In this document: positions 19,701 through 28,416 of the stretch, piece by piece | How the letters are laid out: each line of letters begins with the position of its first letter | Numbering within the stretch: position 1 is the first letter of the stretch | Source of the DNA: an uncultured virus (IMG/VR IMGVR_UViG_3300020472_000011) | Lineage: Duplodnaviria; Heunggongvirae; Uroviricota; Caudoviricetes | Virus record (IMG/VR): IMGVR_UViG_3300020472_000011 | Span: 1 to 64,000 of that record | Strand: one strand, 5' to 3' | Length of the DNA: 64,000 nt | The notes under the pieces: generated by a model | The model's input: only the letters and a program-made list of their open reading frames with translations | Databases searched by the model: none | What the model was told of the DNA's origin: nothing | Translations under genes and position numbers: made by a program

Positions 19701-21806
19701 AGTAGTAGTTGCAACTACAGAGAATTCTTGACCAGCAACTATAGCAGTCAATTGCATTTTTGCAAGACCAGCCTGAGAAGGAGATCCAGCACTTGCTCTT
19801 ACGAAAGCAGAACCACTAGAAAGATCATTGACAGCATTAATAAGTCCGTTCCTTACTTCTGTTATACCATCATTAGTGGCAGCATCATAAGTAAATGTTT
19901 CAACTGTACTTGTTGCAGTATCAGTTATTTGAACTGAGAATGAATCTTCAAACTCTACTACTCCACCAATTTCGACATCATCAATCTGAGATATCTTACT
20001 ACCAGAACCTGTTCTAGTAACTCTGAATGATGAGTTAATACCAACACCAGATCCAGCAGCACCAGTTACGTTATTGTATTCCTGAGTAGAGAAGATACCT
20101 TGACCAATAGGAGTAAAGGTAAGAATCTCACCAGCAGCACCAACTGTTTTAATGAAGATGTTTAAGTCATGAGCTGGTGAATTACCACCAAGAACATTAC
20201 CATAGATAACAATTTGTTCTCCAGCAGCATATCCAGTTCCAGCGTAAGGAGTTCCTTCTGCTGCTGTACCACTAGGAGTAATACTTTGAATTTGACCATT
20301 AACATCAACAGCATCAATTGTAATAGTCAAGTCGTTAGTTGGTGAAACACCACCTAAGTTATTACCTAAGATAAGAACTGTTTCTGTAGCAGAATATTGA
20401 CTTCCACTATTAGATATGAATATATTTGAATAAGATGCTCCACCAACAGTACCATCCCTTTCAACGTTGAAGGTAGCATTGGCCCCAAGTCCAGCATACG
20501 TATCTACTGGAACATTATCATAAGCAACTGTCTGTTTAATATCAACACCATTGTATGCACCAGAAGTTCTCATGATATCAAATGATGCTCCATTACCATT
20601 ACCAAAGTTAACTGTAGCTGGTGATGTTGGTGTAGAGATGAAACTGTTACCAGTTCTGTCTGCTGTATATGGTGCAGATAGAGATATAGTATTTGTTTCG
20701 ATGTTTGTAACAAAGATTGTAGTTCCAGAACCGTTATCTAGAGCAGCACCAATATCAATTCCTGTTGTATCATTAAGCTCAACTGTAGAAACAGGTGCTG
20801 TGAATGATGTTGTAATATTAATAGCGGTATCAGAACCCACATAACCAGTTATCTGTGTACCAGCTTGTAATCCAGCTGAAGAAAGAGGAGCACCAATTGG
20901 AGGAGGTGATCCTGGAGCATTGATACCAATTCTATTTGCACCAGCAGAAGTATTACCTCTAGTTGATAATTGACCAGAAGCACCATTAGATTCTACTGCT
21001 AGAGTAGGGTTTCCTAATGAAGCACCAGTATAGAAACCTGCTTTCCTTAACTGTACAAATCCAGACATTAGACTGGTAGCAGGTGATAGACCTACCTTAC
21101 CTTTTGCATAGAAATTAAATTGATCTACATCAGGAACATCACTAATAATGAATGAACCTTCTGCCTTAGCAAATCCCTCTACACCATCATTAACACCCTT
21201 AAGTGTGACAGGATCTCCAACAGAAAATCCATGTTCAAGTTCAGTATCTACTGTAATAAGAGATGGACCTATACCACCACTGTTTGTAGAAGCATCGGTT
21301 GTAATTGAACTAACAGAAACATCAGCACCTGGATACTCGAAGGAAGATGGATATCCACGTACTAGGTCAATGGTCTGCCATTTAGTTGGCTGAATACCAT
21401 ACTCAAAGTCAGCGTCAAGCATACTAAGAGGCTCAGCAAAACGCATACGTTCGATAGCGTCTGTACCGAAGTCGTATGGTCTCATCTTAACTTCATCACC
21501 TTCAATAAAGATGATTAAGTTATCAGCAGAAGTATATGTTGAAGTATCAAACAGGAATGTAATGGTAGTTACACCGTTTGATAACGTACTAGCGAAAGGG
21601 AAGTCTGGATCAGATCCATCAGATGTTTCCGTGAACGCTGCTGATATCTGTTGAGAGTTATCAGCAAAGTTATAAAGTACAACGTTTGCGGTAACGTTTG
21701 TGATCAGCAGAATCTGGTCAGGACTGACTTTATCCAAAACCTTCAATGTTCCAGCACCAGAAAGACCAGGTGAGAAAACGTAGTCTCTTATTTGCCTTTT
21801 AGCCAT
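16746..21806 (-). CDS. Large virion structural / tail fibre-like protein (1686 aa)
   Basis: DADFEYG.QPTKW and RQSKKYIRYQSGKG motifs of cyanophage structural proteins; internal G.GY...LGG..P..DL.I.V repeats. Confidence 0.8.
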   Translation of the reverse strand: MAKRQIRDYVFSPGLSGAGTLKVLDKVSPDQILLITNVTANVVLYNFADNSQQISAAFTETSDGSDPDFPFASTLSNGVTTITFLFDTSTYTSADNLIIFIEGDEVKMRPYDFGTDAIERMRFAEPLSMLDADFEYGIQPTKWQTIDLVRGYPSSFEYPGADVSVSSITTDASTNSGGIGPSLITVDTELEHGFSVGDPVTLKGVNDGVEGFAKAEGSFIISDVPDVDQFNFYAKGKVGLSPATSLMSGFVQLRKAGFYTGASLGNPTLAVESNGASGQLSTRGNTSAGANRIGINAPGSPPPIGAPLSSAGLQAGTQITGYVGSDTAINITTSFTAPVSTVELNDTTGIDIGAALDNGSGTTIFVTNIETNTISLSAPYTADRTGNSFISTPTSPATVNFGNGNGASFDIMRTSGAYNGVDIKQTVAYDNVPVDTYAGLGANATFNVERDGTVGGASYSNIFISNSGSQYSATETVLILGNNLGGVSPTNDLTITIDAVDVNGQIQSITPSGTAAEGTPYAGTGYAAGEQIVIYGNVLGGNSPAHDLNIFIKTVGAAGEILTFTPIGQGIFSTQEYNNVTGAAGSGVGINSSFRVTRTGSGSKISQIDDVEIGGVVEFEDSFSVQITDTATSTVETFTYDAATNDGITEVRNGLINAVNDLSSGSAFVRASAGSPSQAGLAKMQLTAIVAGQEFSVVATTTEGGGGTADTQTIAHSNFTPNENTTTTPTYSAVIINPGSSYQPNDTVIIDGGILGGETATHDLTVTVTSVGASGEITAFSIGGTAADGNATFESLTANNIAFNATFLPKISGGNYAPEIANGGSGYQIGYQFLIGGQELGGDPTINDMTITVTDIDYLTGEITAITASGTPVSGESIAFYPSVSLSATTSGIINNGTNITYSAIARISATFANNHGLVPGNTILSAIDSTGNNHDLASGPFFIEEVPNLNKFVYTTRTTGTIDTNTSLTGELYTRPDCFYTHRPFDGGVQLGTGSPSHGAQAIRQSKKYIRYQSGKGIQYTTGALFAPSYDLRSVSADGTNFGSVITVVTDDVDHGLQVGAEIALGGITTAGYDGHYIVASIINEITLTVLATGTLADTNAEFGQQPSISLYKWKGSTVRSGAFDDQNGIFFQYDGTNLSVGLRSSTFQIAGTVSAQPDNNLISGTNTKFTEQLTTGDRLVIRGMSHVVTSIIDDQNMTVNPDYRGAVGAVNTKAALTRDIIIPQAQWNIDKCDGTGKSGYELQINTMQMIGFQYTWYGAGFIDWMFRGPSGNFVFAHRLKNNNRNREAFMRSGNLPVRYEVLNEGPRTKLTTAVTDSFIDYLPVADVTLFPDTGVVYVGNELIRYSSRNTTLNRLVGLTRTANLNNYTAGANRTYTAGPADSYTKNEGVILLTTTATPQINHWGSAYLTDGGFDEDRGYLFNYQESEIEISVTPYTVFLIRLSPSVSNALTGDLGERELINRAQLLLKSVEITTQGGSSSQGVIVEGILNPINYPANPVDITWGGLNTSGEGGQPSFAQIASGSSANWSAGGANITAVNRVTRNYWTKWVRFDKTDVQGVQVGMQVTGGSLPGGSTVSQIRNANSTQVWIVFSQNTYPGNSGTTTYTFIVPPYAQPGERIFSFVAAPGQRDGIDLTELKELTNTPIGGRGTFPNGPDVLAINVYCTSGNAFNSTINLRWGEAQA

Positions 21807-21829
21807 TTTTTAATTTCCCTCGATCTTTT

Positions 21830-22963
21830 TTATGAAAGTGCAATTGCTAGTGCAGTTACTTGGGAGTCTACAGCAGTCTTGGACATTGCATCCCCTGGCG
21901 CAGTAGCTCTACCTAGATTCGTTATTTTATTATTTAGAAGACTTAGATCAGCAGTAACACCACTGTGTACATCTAAAGTTCCATCCACAACTGTGTTACC
22001 ATCTGCATCTACTGTGAACTTAGTACCACCAACCCCGAAGGTAGTACCACAAGCAAGAGCAGATGTAACAGAAGCACTAGCACCAGCAATAGCACCAGCA
22101 GCAGAAACACTAAAGGTAGGAGAAAGTAAATCAGCACCACCTTTGATACCATCATTGACTCCTAGTTCACCTTCCACTGTAGTGTTAGTACCTTTAAGAG
22201 TTGTATCTCCTGTAACGTCAAGAGTTCCACCAACAGTAACATTTTGCTGTAAATCAGCGTCTCCAACAACAGTAAAGTTCCCATTAACACTGAAGTCAGT
22301 TGCAATAATGTTATACTTAAACTTACCATATACAGCAAAACTCATTATGTTGGCATCCTCAGCCCACACAATAATCTGTTGATCTCCTGTTGCTTTAATG
22401 TCAGTTCTCTGATAGAATGTACGTGGGAAAAGTTTCGTGTTATAATTTAAGTAGTTTGCAGTTTGCAATTCTGCTTGACCATCTTCCAAGATTCCTATTC
22501 TGAATCTAGAAGGAGTATGACTCTGGTTAGAAACGAAGATCGAAAGTTCTACGTCTTCACCAGTAGGTACTGTATAGATGCTAGTATTAGTTCTAGCAGT
22601 AGTCACAAGAGCAGAATTTAAGAATCCAGAACCAACTGGGTTATCAACAACTTCTCCATGCACCAAGAAAGAGGTAGTTTCGTAGTCACTATATACAACC
22701 AGACTTTGCCCATTGGCATAGTACAAGGTTTGAGTTTCATAAGTCTCTCCAGACTGAATCTCCATGTCATATAGGATGTAGTTCGATGGAGCGAAAGCCA
22801 ACAACGCACCACTTGAAACTCCGATCCTTACCCTTACTGGGTATGGACTTTGGTGAGATATTGAAATTTTTGCCTCTACCAGCTTTGCTGCTGGAGCCTC
22901 ATGAAGTACTGTCCTAGTCTTGACTTGTGGGACTATAGCTGCTAGAGCACCATAAGTAGCCAT
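21830..22963 (-). CDS. Tail fibre connector-like structural protein
   Basis: Two tandem ~105-aa beta domains (IYTVP...RIG...Y..Y...VYG), a VGGTLDVTG shaft, C-terminal TALAIALS. Confidence 0.7.
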   Translation of the reverse strand: MATYGALAAIVPQVKTRTVLHEAPAAKLVEAKISISHQSPYPVRVRIGVSSGALLAFAPSNYILYDMEIQSGETYETQTLYYANGQSLVVYSDYETTSFLVHGEVVDNPVGSGFLNSALVTTARTNTSIYTVPTGEDVELSIFVSNQSHTPSRFRIGILEDGQAELQTANYLNYNTKLFPRTFYQRTDIKATGDQQIIVWAEDANIMSFAVYGKFKYNIIATDFSVNGNFTVVGDADLQQNVTVGGTLDVTGDTTLKGTNTTVEGELGVNDGIKGGADLLSPTFSVSAAGAIAGASASVTSALACGTTFGVGGTKFTVDADGNTVVDGTLDVHSGVTADLSLLNNKITNLGRATAPGDAMSKTAVDSQVTALAIALS

Positions 22964-22994
22964 AACTTTGGGGGTTTATATTACAATCGTTAGT

Positions 22995-23002
22995 TATTTA
23001 TA
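22995..23002 (-). promoter_or_regulatory. T4-type late promoter for the 22963 gene, overlapping the hldD start codon
   Basis: Exact TATAAATA on the minus strand; position 23002 is also the A of the plus-strand ATG. Confidence 0.75.
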
Positions 23003-23826
23003 TGAAAATTCTTACAGGATGCAATGGATTCATCGGAAAGAAATTTGCCGATCAACTTGATGGAAAATTCATCGGGTTTGAAATGGGAAACGCCTTTCAG
23101 TTACTAGACAACTTACCTGTCTGGGATGATATTGATGAAATCATTCACATGGGAGCAATATCAAGTACAACAGAAACTGATATTGGAAAGATCACAATTT
23201 ACAATACAGAGTTTTCAATAAAACTATTTAAGAAAGCAATAGAACTAGGTATACCAGTTAAGTATGCCTCGTCTGCATCTGTCTATGGAAACTCAGCAGG
23301 TAATATCAATCCTTTGAATTACTATGCTATATCAAAAGTTCAAGTAGACTACTGGGTACAAGACAATATAGATCTATTTGAAAGTATTCAAGGATTCAGA
23401 TTCTTCAATGTATATGGAGAAGGTGAGGAGCATAAAGGAAACCAACGCAGTCCTATCAGTAAATTTACTGAGGAAGCAAAGATGACAGGTAAAATTAAAA
23501 TCTTTAAAAACTCTGAAAAGATGGTCAGAGACTTTATATACGTTGGTGATGTAGTTGACCGTGTTCTCAACAACACATTAGACTCAGGAATATATGATCT
23601 CGGTACAGGACATCCACATTCCTTCAGAGATATTGCTGACATAATTGCAGACAAATATAATGCACAGGTAGAAGAGATAGATTTCCCAGTACACTTACAA
23701 GGAAAATATCAATTCTATACCTGTGCAGATATGTTCTGGTCCAATAAGTATAAATTTACAAACGTAGAGGACTACATCAATCACCCCTTAAAATACGGTA
23801 CGAGTCGTCCTCAAAATGCTCTGTAG
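23002..23826 (+). CDS. hldD: ADP-L-glycero-D-manno-heptose 6-epimerase (HldD/RfaD/GmhD-like SDR)
   Basis: TGCNGFIG (GxxGxxG), HMGAISSTTE, YASSASVYG, PLNYYAISK (YxxxK), FRFFNVYG.GEEHKG, RDFIYVGD, GKYQFYTCAD. Confidence 0.88.
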   Translation: MKILTGCNGFIGKKFADQLDGKFIGFEMGNAFQLLDNLPVWDDIDEIIHMGAISSTTETDIGKITIYNTEFSIKLFKKAIELGIPVKYASSASVYGNSAGNINPLNYYAISKVQVDYWVQDNIDLFESIQGFRFFNVYGEGEEHKGNQRSPISKFTEEAKMTGKIKIFKNSEKMVRDFIYVGDVVDRVLNNTLDSGIYDLGTGHPHSFRDIADIIADKYNAQVEEIDFPVHLQGKYQFYTCADMFWSNKYKFTNVEDYINHPLKYGTSRPQNAL

Positions 23827-24118
23827 AAAATTCGAATAGTTCTACGTCTGTGATGCCTTCCATCATATGTCTAAGACCAGGAGGTATGTAAAACTTATCT
23901 CCTGGTTTTAATATGATTGTGTCTGCATCAATAAAATCATCTCTATGACCATAGGTCATCTTTAGTTCACCACTCTGAACATAGAATGTTTCATCTTTAA
24001 TCTTGTGGTAATGGTATGAACACTTCTTACCTGCATTAAAGAATAGAAGTTTTCCACAATACTTTTCAGAATTGCAGATCCACTTCTCATAACCCCAACC
24101 TTTTTGAACATGTTTCAT
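23777..24118 (-). CDS. Cupin, sugar ketol-isomerase / mannose-6-phosphate isomerase-like
   Basis: KGWGYE.WI.N...YCGKLL, SYHYHKIKDETFYV, IPPGLRHMM, FEFST.H; start placed at the ATGA overlap (24118). Confidence 0.8.
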   Translation of the reverse strand: MKHVQKGWGYEKWICNSEKYCGKLLFFNAGKKCSYHYHKIKDETFYVQSGELKMTYGHRDDFIDADTIILKPGDKFYIPPGLRHMMEGITDVELFEFSTEHFEDDSYRILRGD

Positions 24119-24639
24119 TGAAGTTGAATACCGAACGCTAAACTCATTCTCCATCCTGATTCTGGGGCCTCCGCATTATGTACATAGTTAGATGGAAAAG
24201 CGACAAACTTCCCTTGCTTATATTTACAAGAATGAATAACATCTCCTTCATCGTATATATTGGTATCACCCGAACTATCAGTAATATAGTATAGCACAGT
24301 CCAGATTGATTTGTCATCATCATCATGATGTACACCTCCACGCTGATTAGGACATGCAGCATTCAATGCAATTCTTCTTAGTCCTGCAAATTCTTTACCA
24401 GTCACAGATGGTAACCATGTGATTACAAAATTAGTTAGATAATCTACACTGGGTGGTAAGTTTTTCTGATGGAACTGTTCACGCCATCCATCCCAAAAGA
24501 ATACTCTTCCAAAAAAGGTATCTCCATCTTCACAAGCTCTGTGTCCATATGCCACAGGGTATTCATAAAGTTCTTTATTAATCCATTGAATAGTAAAAGG
24601 ATCAAGAAGATCTTCATTTTCATGTATTAAAGAAATCAT
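24115..24639 (-). CDS. 2OG-Fe(II) oxygenase
   Basis: HxD (HHD), TVLYY...GDT, FVAFPSNYVH, WRMSLAF: facial triad and 2OG-binding Arg present. Confidence 0.82.
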   Translation of the reverse strand: MISLIHENEDLLDPFTIQWINKELYEYPVAYGHRACEDGDTFFGRVFFWDGWREQFHQKNLPPSVDYLTNFVITWLPSVTGKEFAGLRRIALNAACPNQRGGVHHDDDDKSIWTVLYYITDSSGDTNIYDEGDVIHSCKYKQGKFVAFPSNYVHNAEAPESGWRMSLAFGIQLQ

Positions 24640-24940
24640 CTGAATTCACTCCTTTATCATCTATGAAATAATGTGCATGGAATTTACCCATGTGCAACTT
24701 ATCAAACTTACAACCCCATGACTTAAGTTGATTATAGGTTAGGTCATAAAACGCTTCATGTGCTTTAATCCCATCACCTTCAAATCTACCCATACCTCTG
24801 GCAGTATAAAAAATAATACTGTTACCTTCGTCGTATATTTTATTTAACTTCTCTATCCGATCCATCATTGGTTCGGATTTTTCGTACTGTCCTGTAGGAC
24901 AATTACTTATAGTACCATCTATATCAACTACGTATATCAT
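24620..24940 (-). CDS. Capless HAD-family phosphatase (candidate heptose-bisphosphate phosphatase)
   Basis: YVVDIDGT (motif I), FYTARG (II), MGK (III), FIDDK (IV). Confidence 0.8.
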   Translation of the reverse strand: MIYVVDIDGTISNCPTGQYEKSEPMMDRIEKLNKIYDEGNSIIFYTARGMGRFEGDGIKAHEAFYDLTYNQLKSWGCKFDKLHMGKFHAHYFIDDKGVNSDDFFNT

Positions 24941-25757
24941 CTATATCATCTCCAGAAAGAACGTATGTACCAGTATTTTGTACTGCTATTGCAGCAGCCT
25001 TATTAGCATAAGGTATAGCTTTCTCTATTGTACCATACTCTAGGTAGAAATAAACCAAAGCACATAAGAAAGTATCACCTGCCCCTGCTACATCAAAACA
25101 AGGAACTTTCTCACCAGGATATATCTCTCCTTTATATTCAGCACCAGCACTACCTTTAGTGACAATTTTATTTCTGTATATACCTTTCAACTTAGAGTCT
25201 TCTAACTCATTGATCTTGATGAAGCATCCTTTCTTAGGTAGTTTACTTTTCTTACTGTCTATGAATACAGGACCATTGAATGTTTCTACTAATTCAAAGA
25301 TCTTTTCTGTATCTAAAAATCCTTTATCATAATCAGATATGATCATGGCATCAAATGGATTACCTATTGGTTCATGATGTACCGTACTAGTAGGATAGGT
25401 ATCACCAGTTGGCAACTCCCATCCATAATCAGCAACCTCATCATTCTCATCCATCCTCATCAGTTGTTGATTAGATCTCTCATCCACAAATCTAGTCTTA
25501 ACTGGTTTTAATTCATTAGTCATTAAATATACATCAACATCAAATGACAAGAGATTTGCTCTTACGTTACTTGCCATTCCTTCTGCTGTTTCAGTACGAA
25601 TGTATTCCATTACTGGTACAGGTGCTTCAGGACTTAACCTTGTACACCTACCATAAACATATTTGTCTATACAGGTCTCACCTATAACGATGACCTTGTA
25701 TTGTCTTTGTTGTGGAATATTCTCCGATCCTATCGAAGAACTCAACTCTTTTTGCAT
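24924..25757 (-). CDS. hldA: Heptose-7-phosphate kinase (HldE/RfaE domain I, PfkB family)
   Basis: VIGETCIDKYVYG.CTRLSPEAPVPV, KTRF, ISDYDKG, DVAGAGDTF, ANKAAAIAV; ATG 25757 follows AGGA (GTG 25763 is an alternative). Confidence 0.88.
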   Translation of the reverse strand: MQKELSSSIGSENIPQQRQYKVIVIGETCIDKYVYGRCTRLSPEAPVPVMEYIRTETAEGMASNVRANLLSFDVDVYLMTNELKPVKTRFVDERSNQQLMRMDENDEVADYGWELPTGDTYPTSTVHHEPIGNPFDAMIISDYDKGFLDTEKIFELVETFNGPVFIDSKKSKLPKKGCFIKINELEDSKLKGIYRNKIVTKGSAGAEYKGEIYPGEKVPCFDVAGAGDTFLCALVYFYLEYGTIEKAIPYANKAAAIAVQNTGTYVLSGDDIDDIRS

Positions 25758-26073
25758 ACTCACGTCCTACTACGTCTCCATTTTTCCAATCAGAACCTAC
25801 CACTAGTATATCAGGGTTTATGATTTTTATCAATTCTTCAAGCTCTTGTCTTGAATCGAACGTATGGATTACGTCCACTGCTTTCAAAGAACTTAATTGA
25901 TACTTCCTATCATCTAATGGGTAAATGGGTCTATCTGGTCCTTTGTCTGCTCTGACCTTTCGGTCAGTATCGATACCCACTATAAGCATAGATCCTAAAG
26001 ACCTAGCATAGTTTAGCAATTCAAAATGTCCTCTATGGAGAACATCAAAGCAACCATTAACCCAAATAATCAT
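25678..26073 (-). CDS. hldC: Heptose-1-phosphate nucleotidyltransferase (HldE/RfaE domain II)
   Basis: NGCFDVLHRGH (HxGH), LIVGIDTD..V...KG.DRP, PDILVVGSDW, C-terminal YSTT. Confidence 0.9.
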   Translation of the reverse strand: MIIWVNGCFDVLHRGHFELLNYARSLGSMLIVGIDTDRKVRADKGPDRPIYPLDDRKYQLSSLKAVDVIHTFDSRQELEELIKIINPDILVVGSDWKNGDVVGREYAKRVEFFDRIGEYSTTKTIQGHRYR

Positions 26074-26708
26074 TTGATTCCCATGTGTTTCGCATACAAG
26101 TTTTTATGTTGTTGATTAGGATGCTGTGCATTTACATAATGTGGAGCAGGTAGATCAGAACAAAACCAAGCAGTGATAACATGCTTTGGTCCACTCATTG
26201 GTTTGTTTTCTCTATATGGATACAACTGATTACAAGGGAATATTAAAAGTTTTCCTTGTTCTGGTTTAACTTTGTAATCTAAAAATGAAAACTCTGTTTC
26301 TCCACCTTCTTCAACATTATCAAGATATATTATCATAGCATATACTCTTGACAATAGTAATGGATCTGTTGGAGATAGATCAATATGATCTCTAAACCAC
26401 CCATCTTGTTTTTGATAGCATCTCATAGCATGATCATAAGAAACTAAAGGTGCTCTCCAAAGAAGTTTATCTTTTGCACCCCATTCATACATTGCATTGA
26501 TAGCTCTATCAGTTTCTATAGCAACTTGACACCAGAAATCTCCACCAACAATAGGGTCTACTTGTATAGCTTTCTTATGTTTTTCTTCATTTCCAGAATC
26601 CCCCTTATCATGATATTGTTGGTTTCGCCAAAACCAATCAATCCATGCCTCACAATCATCTCCATGTAGGAAGTCTTTTTTCTCGAATATAAAATCTGTT
26701 AAGTTCAT
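26070..26708 (-). CDS. 2OG-Fe(II) oxygenase (prolyl-4-hydroxylase-like); distal His apparently replaced by Tyr
   Basis: HID, IIYLDNVEEGGETEF, VKPEQGKLLIFP; YPYRE where YPHRG is expected. Confidence 0.82.
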   Translation of the reverse strand: MNLTDFIFEKKDFLHGDDCEAWIDWFWRNQQYHDKGDSGNEEKHKKAIQVDPIVGGDFWCQVAIETDRAINAMYEWGAKDKLLWRAPLVSYDHAMRCYQKQDGWFRDHIDLSPTDPLLLSRVYAMIIYLDNVEEGGETEFSFLDYKVKPEQGKLLIFPCNQLYPYRENKPMSGPKHVITAWFCSDLPAPHYVNAQHPNQQHKNLYAKHMGIK

Positions 26709-28414
26709 AGTAGTAAATTACAATCTTTGTATGATAATCTTTTGATAGATGGTTCTGATGCATCAGGTATGAATAGTAGTTCTGCTTTCTCAGGTAAGTA
26801 AAGATAACAGATTTCACTTTCTCTCATAGTAAGTAAAGCATCATCTATAGTTTCCACTATAGTATCACCAGCCAAATTAAAAGATGTGTTGAATAATATT
26901 GGCACACCTGTTAATTCATAGAATGCCTCTATTAATTTATAGTAGTTTGGATTCTGATCTTTTGTGAGAGTTTGAATCCTACATGTACCATCAACATGAG
27001 TGATACATGGTATCTTCTCTATCATTGATTTTAGTACATTCACAGCATACATCATATGTGGTGATTCATACAACCTATCCATATCAAACCATTCTTGTGC
27101 ATGGTCAGCAAGTACTGTACCAGCAAACGGTCTCCAATACTCTCTCTTCTTTACTTTATTAACAATATCTTTCCCGTCTACAGCACGGGGATCATATAGT
27201 ATAGAACGATTACCTAAAGCACGAGGACCATTCTCAGATCTACCCTGACAGATAGCAACTACATTACCATCACTAATAAGTCGAGCAATACTCTGAGGTG
27301 TAACCTCACATACCCTAAATTCATTATCTTTCAATTCATAATCATACTTAATAGGTTGACCAAAATAAAGATGTGATAATGGTCTTATTTTTTTACGTCT
27401 ATACTGCTTAGGGCATTCCCTTGCGTAAGTAATATATGCTGCTCCCATAGCAGTACCACAGTCACTAGACATAGGTTCAACATATAGATTAATATGTTTT
27501 GGTAATCTTTGTAGTATTCTATAGTTACCAACACAATTCAAAGCACATCCACCAGTAAAGATAATATCATTACATCCACTTAATCTATGTGTATCCATAA
27601 TTCTTTGATACACATACTCTTCAAAATCTTCTTGCAATCTATATGCTAGATCTGCATGTCTTTGAAACTTATCATCTTCATCCTTAGAATATGCTATGTA
27701 ATCATAAGGACGAACAACAGTATTCACATTCTTATGTTCATTGAAATCTGTTAAGGTGAATATATTCTCATTTCCACCATCCTCAGATATCATTTGTTTT
27801 ATTCTATCATTAGGTTCTCCATATGATGAAAGACCCATAGTTTTACCACACTCTAAACTATCCCATCCCAAATATTCTGTGATACCAGAGTAAACAAATC
27901 CAGTACCAATACTTTTTGTGGGATTTACAAATGGTGGTGCTCCTTCAACCTTTTGATTTGAATACCCAATAATCTTTTGACTTAGGCATGTTACTCCATT
28001 AGGATCTTGATCAAAATAGAATATACTCTCGTGCTCCTTACCCCACTCATGGTCAGCACCAGCACCATCTATTACAAGTATACCTGCTTTATCAAATCCT
28101 GAATTATAGAACGCACAAGAGGCATGTAGAGAATGGTGGTAATCCTTTGCTTCTACATACCTCTTGACTTTAATCCCTATCCGTTTAATGTATTTAAAGT
28201 ATGGTCCGAAATCACATTTAGTATTGTACAAATGTGTATAAGCACATAAGTCAATTTCTTTAGTAATTTCAGATACTTTATCCAGAGCATTGAATACTTC
28301 TCTGTCATATTTGACATGTGTTAATCTCTCTTCCTGTATGGACAGCACTACATCATTGTCTTTCATGAGACAAATAGCAGCATCATGAGATCTATTAACA
28401 CCAAGTATCCACAT
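26705..28414 (-). CDS. Carbamoyltransferase, NodU/CmcH/TobZ family (copy 2)
   Basis: HDAA, EERL, HHSLHA..AFY.SGF, GKTMGLSSYG, GGCALNC.GN, RSENGPRALGNRS, HVDGTCRIQT, NTSFN. Confidence 0.95.
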   Translation of the reverse strand: MWILGVNRSHDAAICLMKDNDVVLSIQEERLTHVKYDREVFNALDKVSEITKEIDLCAYTHLYNTKCDFGPYFKYIKRIGIKVKRYVEAKDYHHSLHASCAFYNSGFDKAGILVIDGAGADHEWGKEHESIFYFDQDPNGVTCLSQKIIGYSNQKVEGAPPFVNPTKSIGTGFVYSGITEYLGWDSLECGKTMGLSSYGEPNDRIKQMISEDGGNENIFTLTDFNEHKNVNTVVRPYDYIAYSKDEDDKFQRHADLAYRLQEDFEEYVYQRIMDTHRLSGCNDIIFTGGCALNCVGNYRILQRLPKHINLYVEPMSSDCGTAMGAAYITYARECPKQYRRKKIRPLSHLYFGQPIKYDYELKDNEFRVCEVTPQSIARLISDGNVVAICQGRSENGPRALGNRSILYDPRAVDGKDIVNKVKKREYWRPFAGTVLADHAQEWFDMDRLYESPHMMYAVNVLKSMIEKIPCITHVDGTCRIQTLTKDQNPNYYKLIEAFYELTGVPILFNTSFNLAGDTIVETIDDALLTMRESEICYLYLPEKAELLFIPDASEPSIKRLSYKDCNLLL

Positions 28415-28416
28415 AA

